DNA of 64,000 nucleotides, taken from positions 8,245-72,244 of the forward strand of contig CAVVNR010000016.1 in the NCBI GenBank assembly GCA_963749715.1, read 5' to 3'. Source of the DNA: an uncultured Alphaproteobacteria bacterium. GTDB taxonomy: Bacteria; Pseudomonadota; Alphaproteobacteria; Rhizobiales; Beijerinckiaceae. The number at the start of each line of letters is the position of its first letter. Position 1 is the stretch's first letter. Positions 63,404-64,000 of the stretch are shown here, one piece after another. Below the pieces are notes generated by a model that worked only from the letters and a program-made list of their open reading frames with translations, made no database searches and was not told the origin of the DNA. Both the position numbers and the translations under genes were made by a program.

Positions 63404-64000
63404 TCAACTTGCGAGCGCGCCGATCCTGAGCTTGACCTGGCGATAGTGGGCGCGGGCAATCGGGATGCTGCAGCGCACAGGCAACCCCAATTCCGCCACG
63501 CCGGCCTCGCCCGATCGTTTGACCCGAGCGATGCGGTCGACCGAGACGATGTAACTGCGGTGCACTCTCAAGAAGGCTTTCGGATCGAGACGCGCTTGAA
63601 GCGCGCTGATCGAGAGGTTGCAGAAGTATTCCCGCTCGCCGTCGTGGATATAGGTGTAATGCGCGTTGGCGCGGACCGCATAGATGTCGGCGACGGCGAG
63701 TTCGCGCGTGCGCCCATCCTTCTCCACCGGAATGGCGGCGGCGAGGCGGAGGGGCGGCGCGGCCGACGGGGCCAAACCGTGCGCGACGATCGAGGCGAGC
63801 GGCGCGGTCGGCTGGGCGTCGGCCGGAGCAGCCGCGGCGCCGCGCGGGGCGCGCGCATCGGGCACCAACGATAGAAGAAAGGCTCCCGAGACGCCGAACG
63901 AAACAACCGTGGCGAGCAGGGCGAGCGTGTTGCGCGACAGCGCCGATTCGGCCCCCACGAAGCGCGCGACGTCGAAGCACAGGGGGTCCAGGCGCATCCC
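63404..64000 (-). CDS. Membrane-anchored LytTR regulator (MHYT-LytTR, CoxC-like), N-terminus outside the window
   Basis: TM segment LALLATVVSFGVSGAFLLSL, then LytTR domain IPVEKDG...ANAHYT...FLRVHRSYIV...IPIAR. Directly upstream of coxM. Confidence 0.75.
   Translation of the reverse strand, partial: GMRLDPLCFDVARFVGAESALSRNTLALLATVVSFGVSGAFLLSLVPDARAPRGAAAAPADAQPTAPLASIVAHGLAPSAAPPLRLAAAIPVEKDGRTRELAVADIYAVRANAHYTYIHDGEREYFCNLSISALQARLDPKAFLRVHRSYIVSVDRIARVKRSGEAGVAELGLPVRCSIPIARAHYRQVKLRIGALAS

Overview
High-GC chromosomal window that looks alphaproteobacterial. The rgsE/GPR-like gene, matB and the REP families suggest Hyphomicrobiales, possibly Roseiarcus/Beijerinckiaceae-like, but this is inference. 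From left to right it holds: DeoR tail, MFS, PhzF and matB; a 2,095-aa apolipoprotein-repeat polar growth protein with a 132-bp tandem expansion; Hpt, ferredoxin, FNR and msrQ-like genes; OprB porin, bluB, cupin, RMD1, mazEF, cobB and GST; a pentose-type ABC operon; two transglutaminase-like genes; a ROK-regulated xylan/xylo-oligosaccharide locus (GH43, ThuA, Gfo/Idh, ABC, secreted GH10); arsC; an ABC system with a fused double permease; PagL-like and SGNH genes; a DUF4243 oxidase-amidohydrolase pair; an uncharacterised ABC/HAD/FGGY-kinase/BtpA/SDR/hydantoinase cluster; GH15; and a form I CO dehydrogenase operon (coxMSLDEF) with a MHYT/LytTR-type regulator. No rRNA, tRNA, CRISPR array, transposase or phage gene was recognised. 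At least nine genes carry 1-nt indels, most likely long-read consensus errors. The best candidates for undescribed biology are the BtpA-centred catabolic cluster, the DUF4243-amidohydrolase pair, a modular nested REP system and a perfect CRP-type box between two tiny membrane-protein genes. All product calls come from motif recognition, not database searches.
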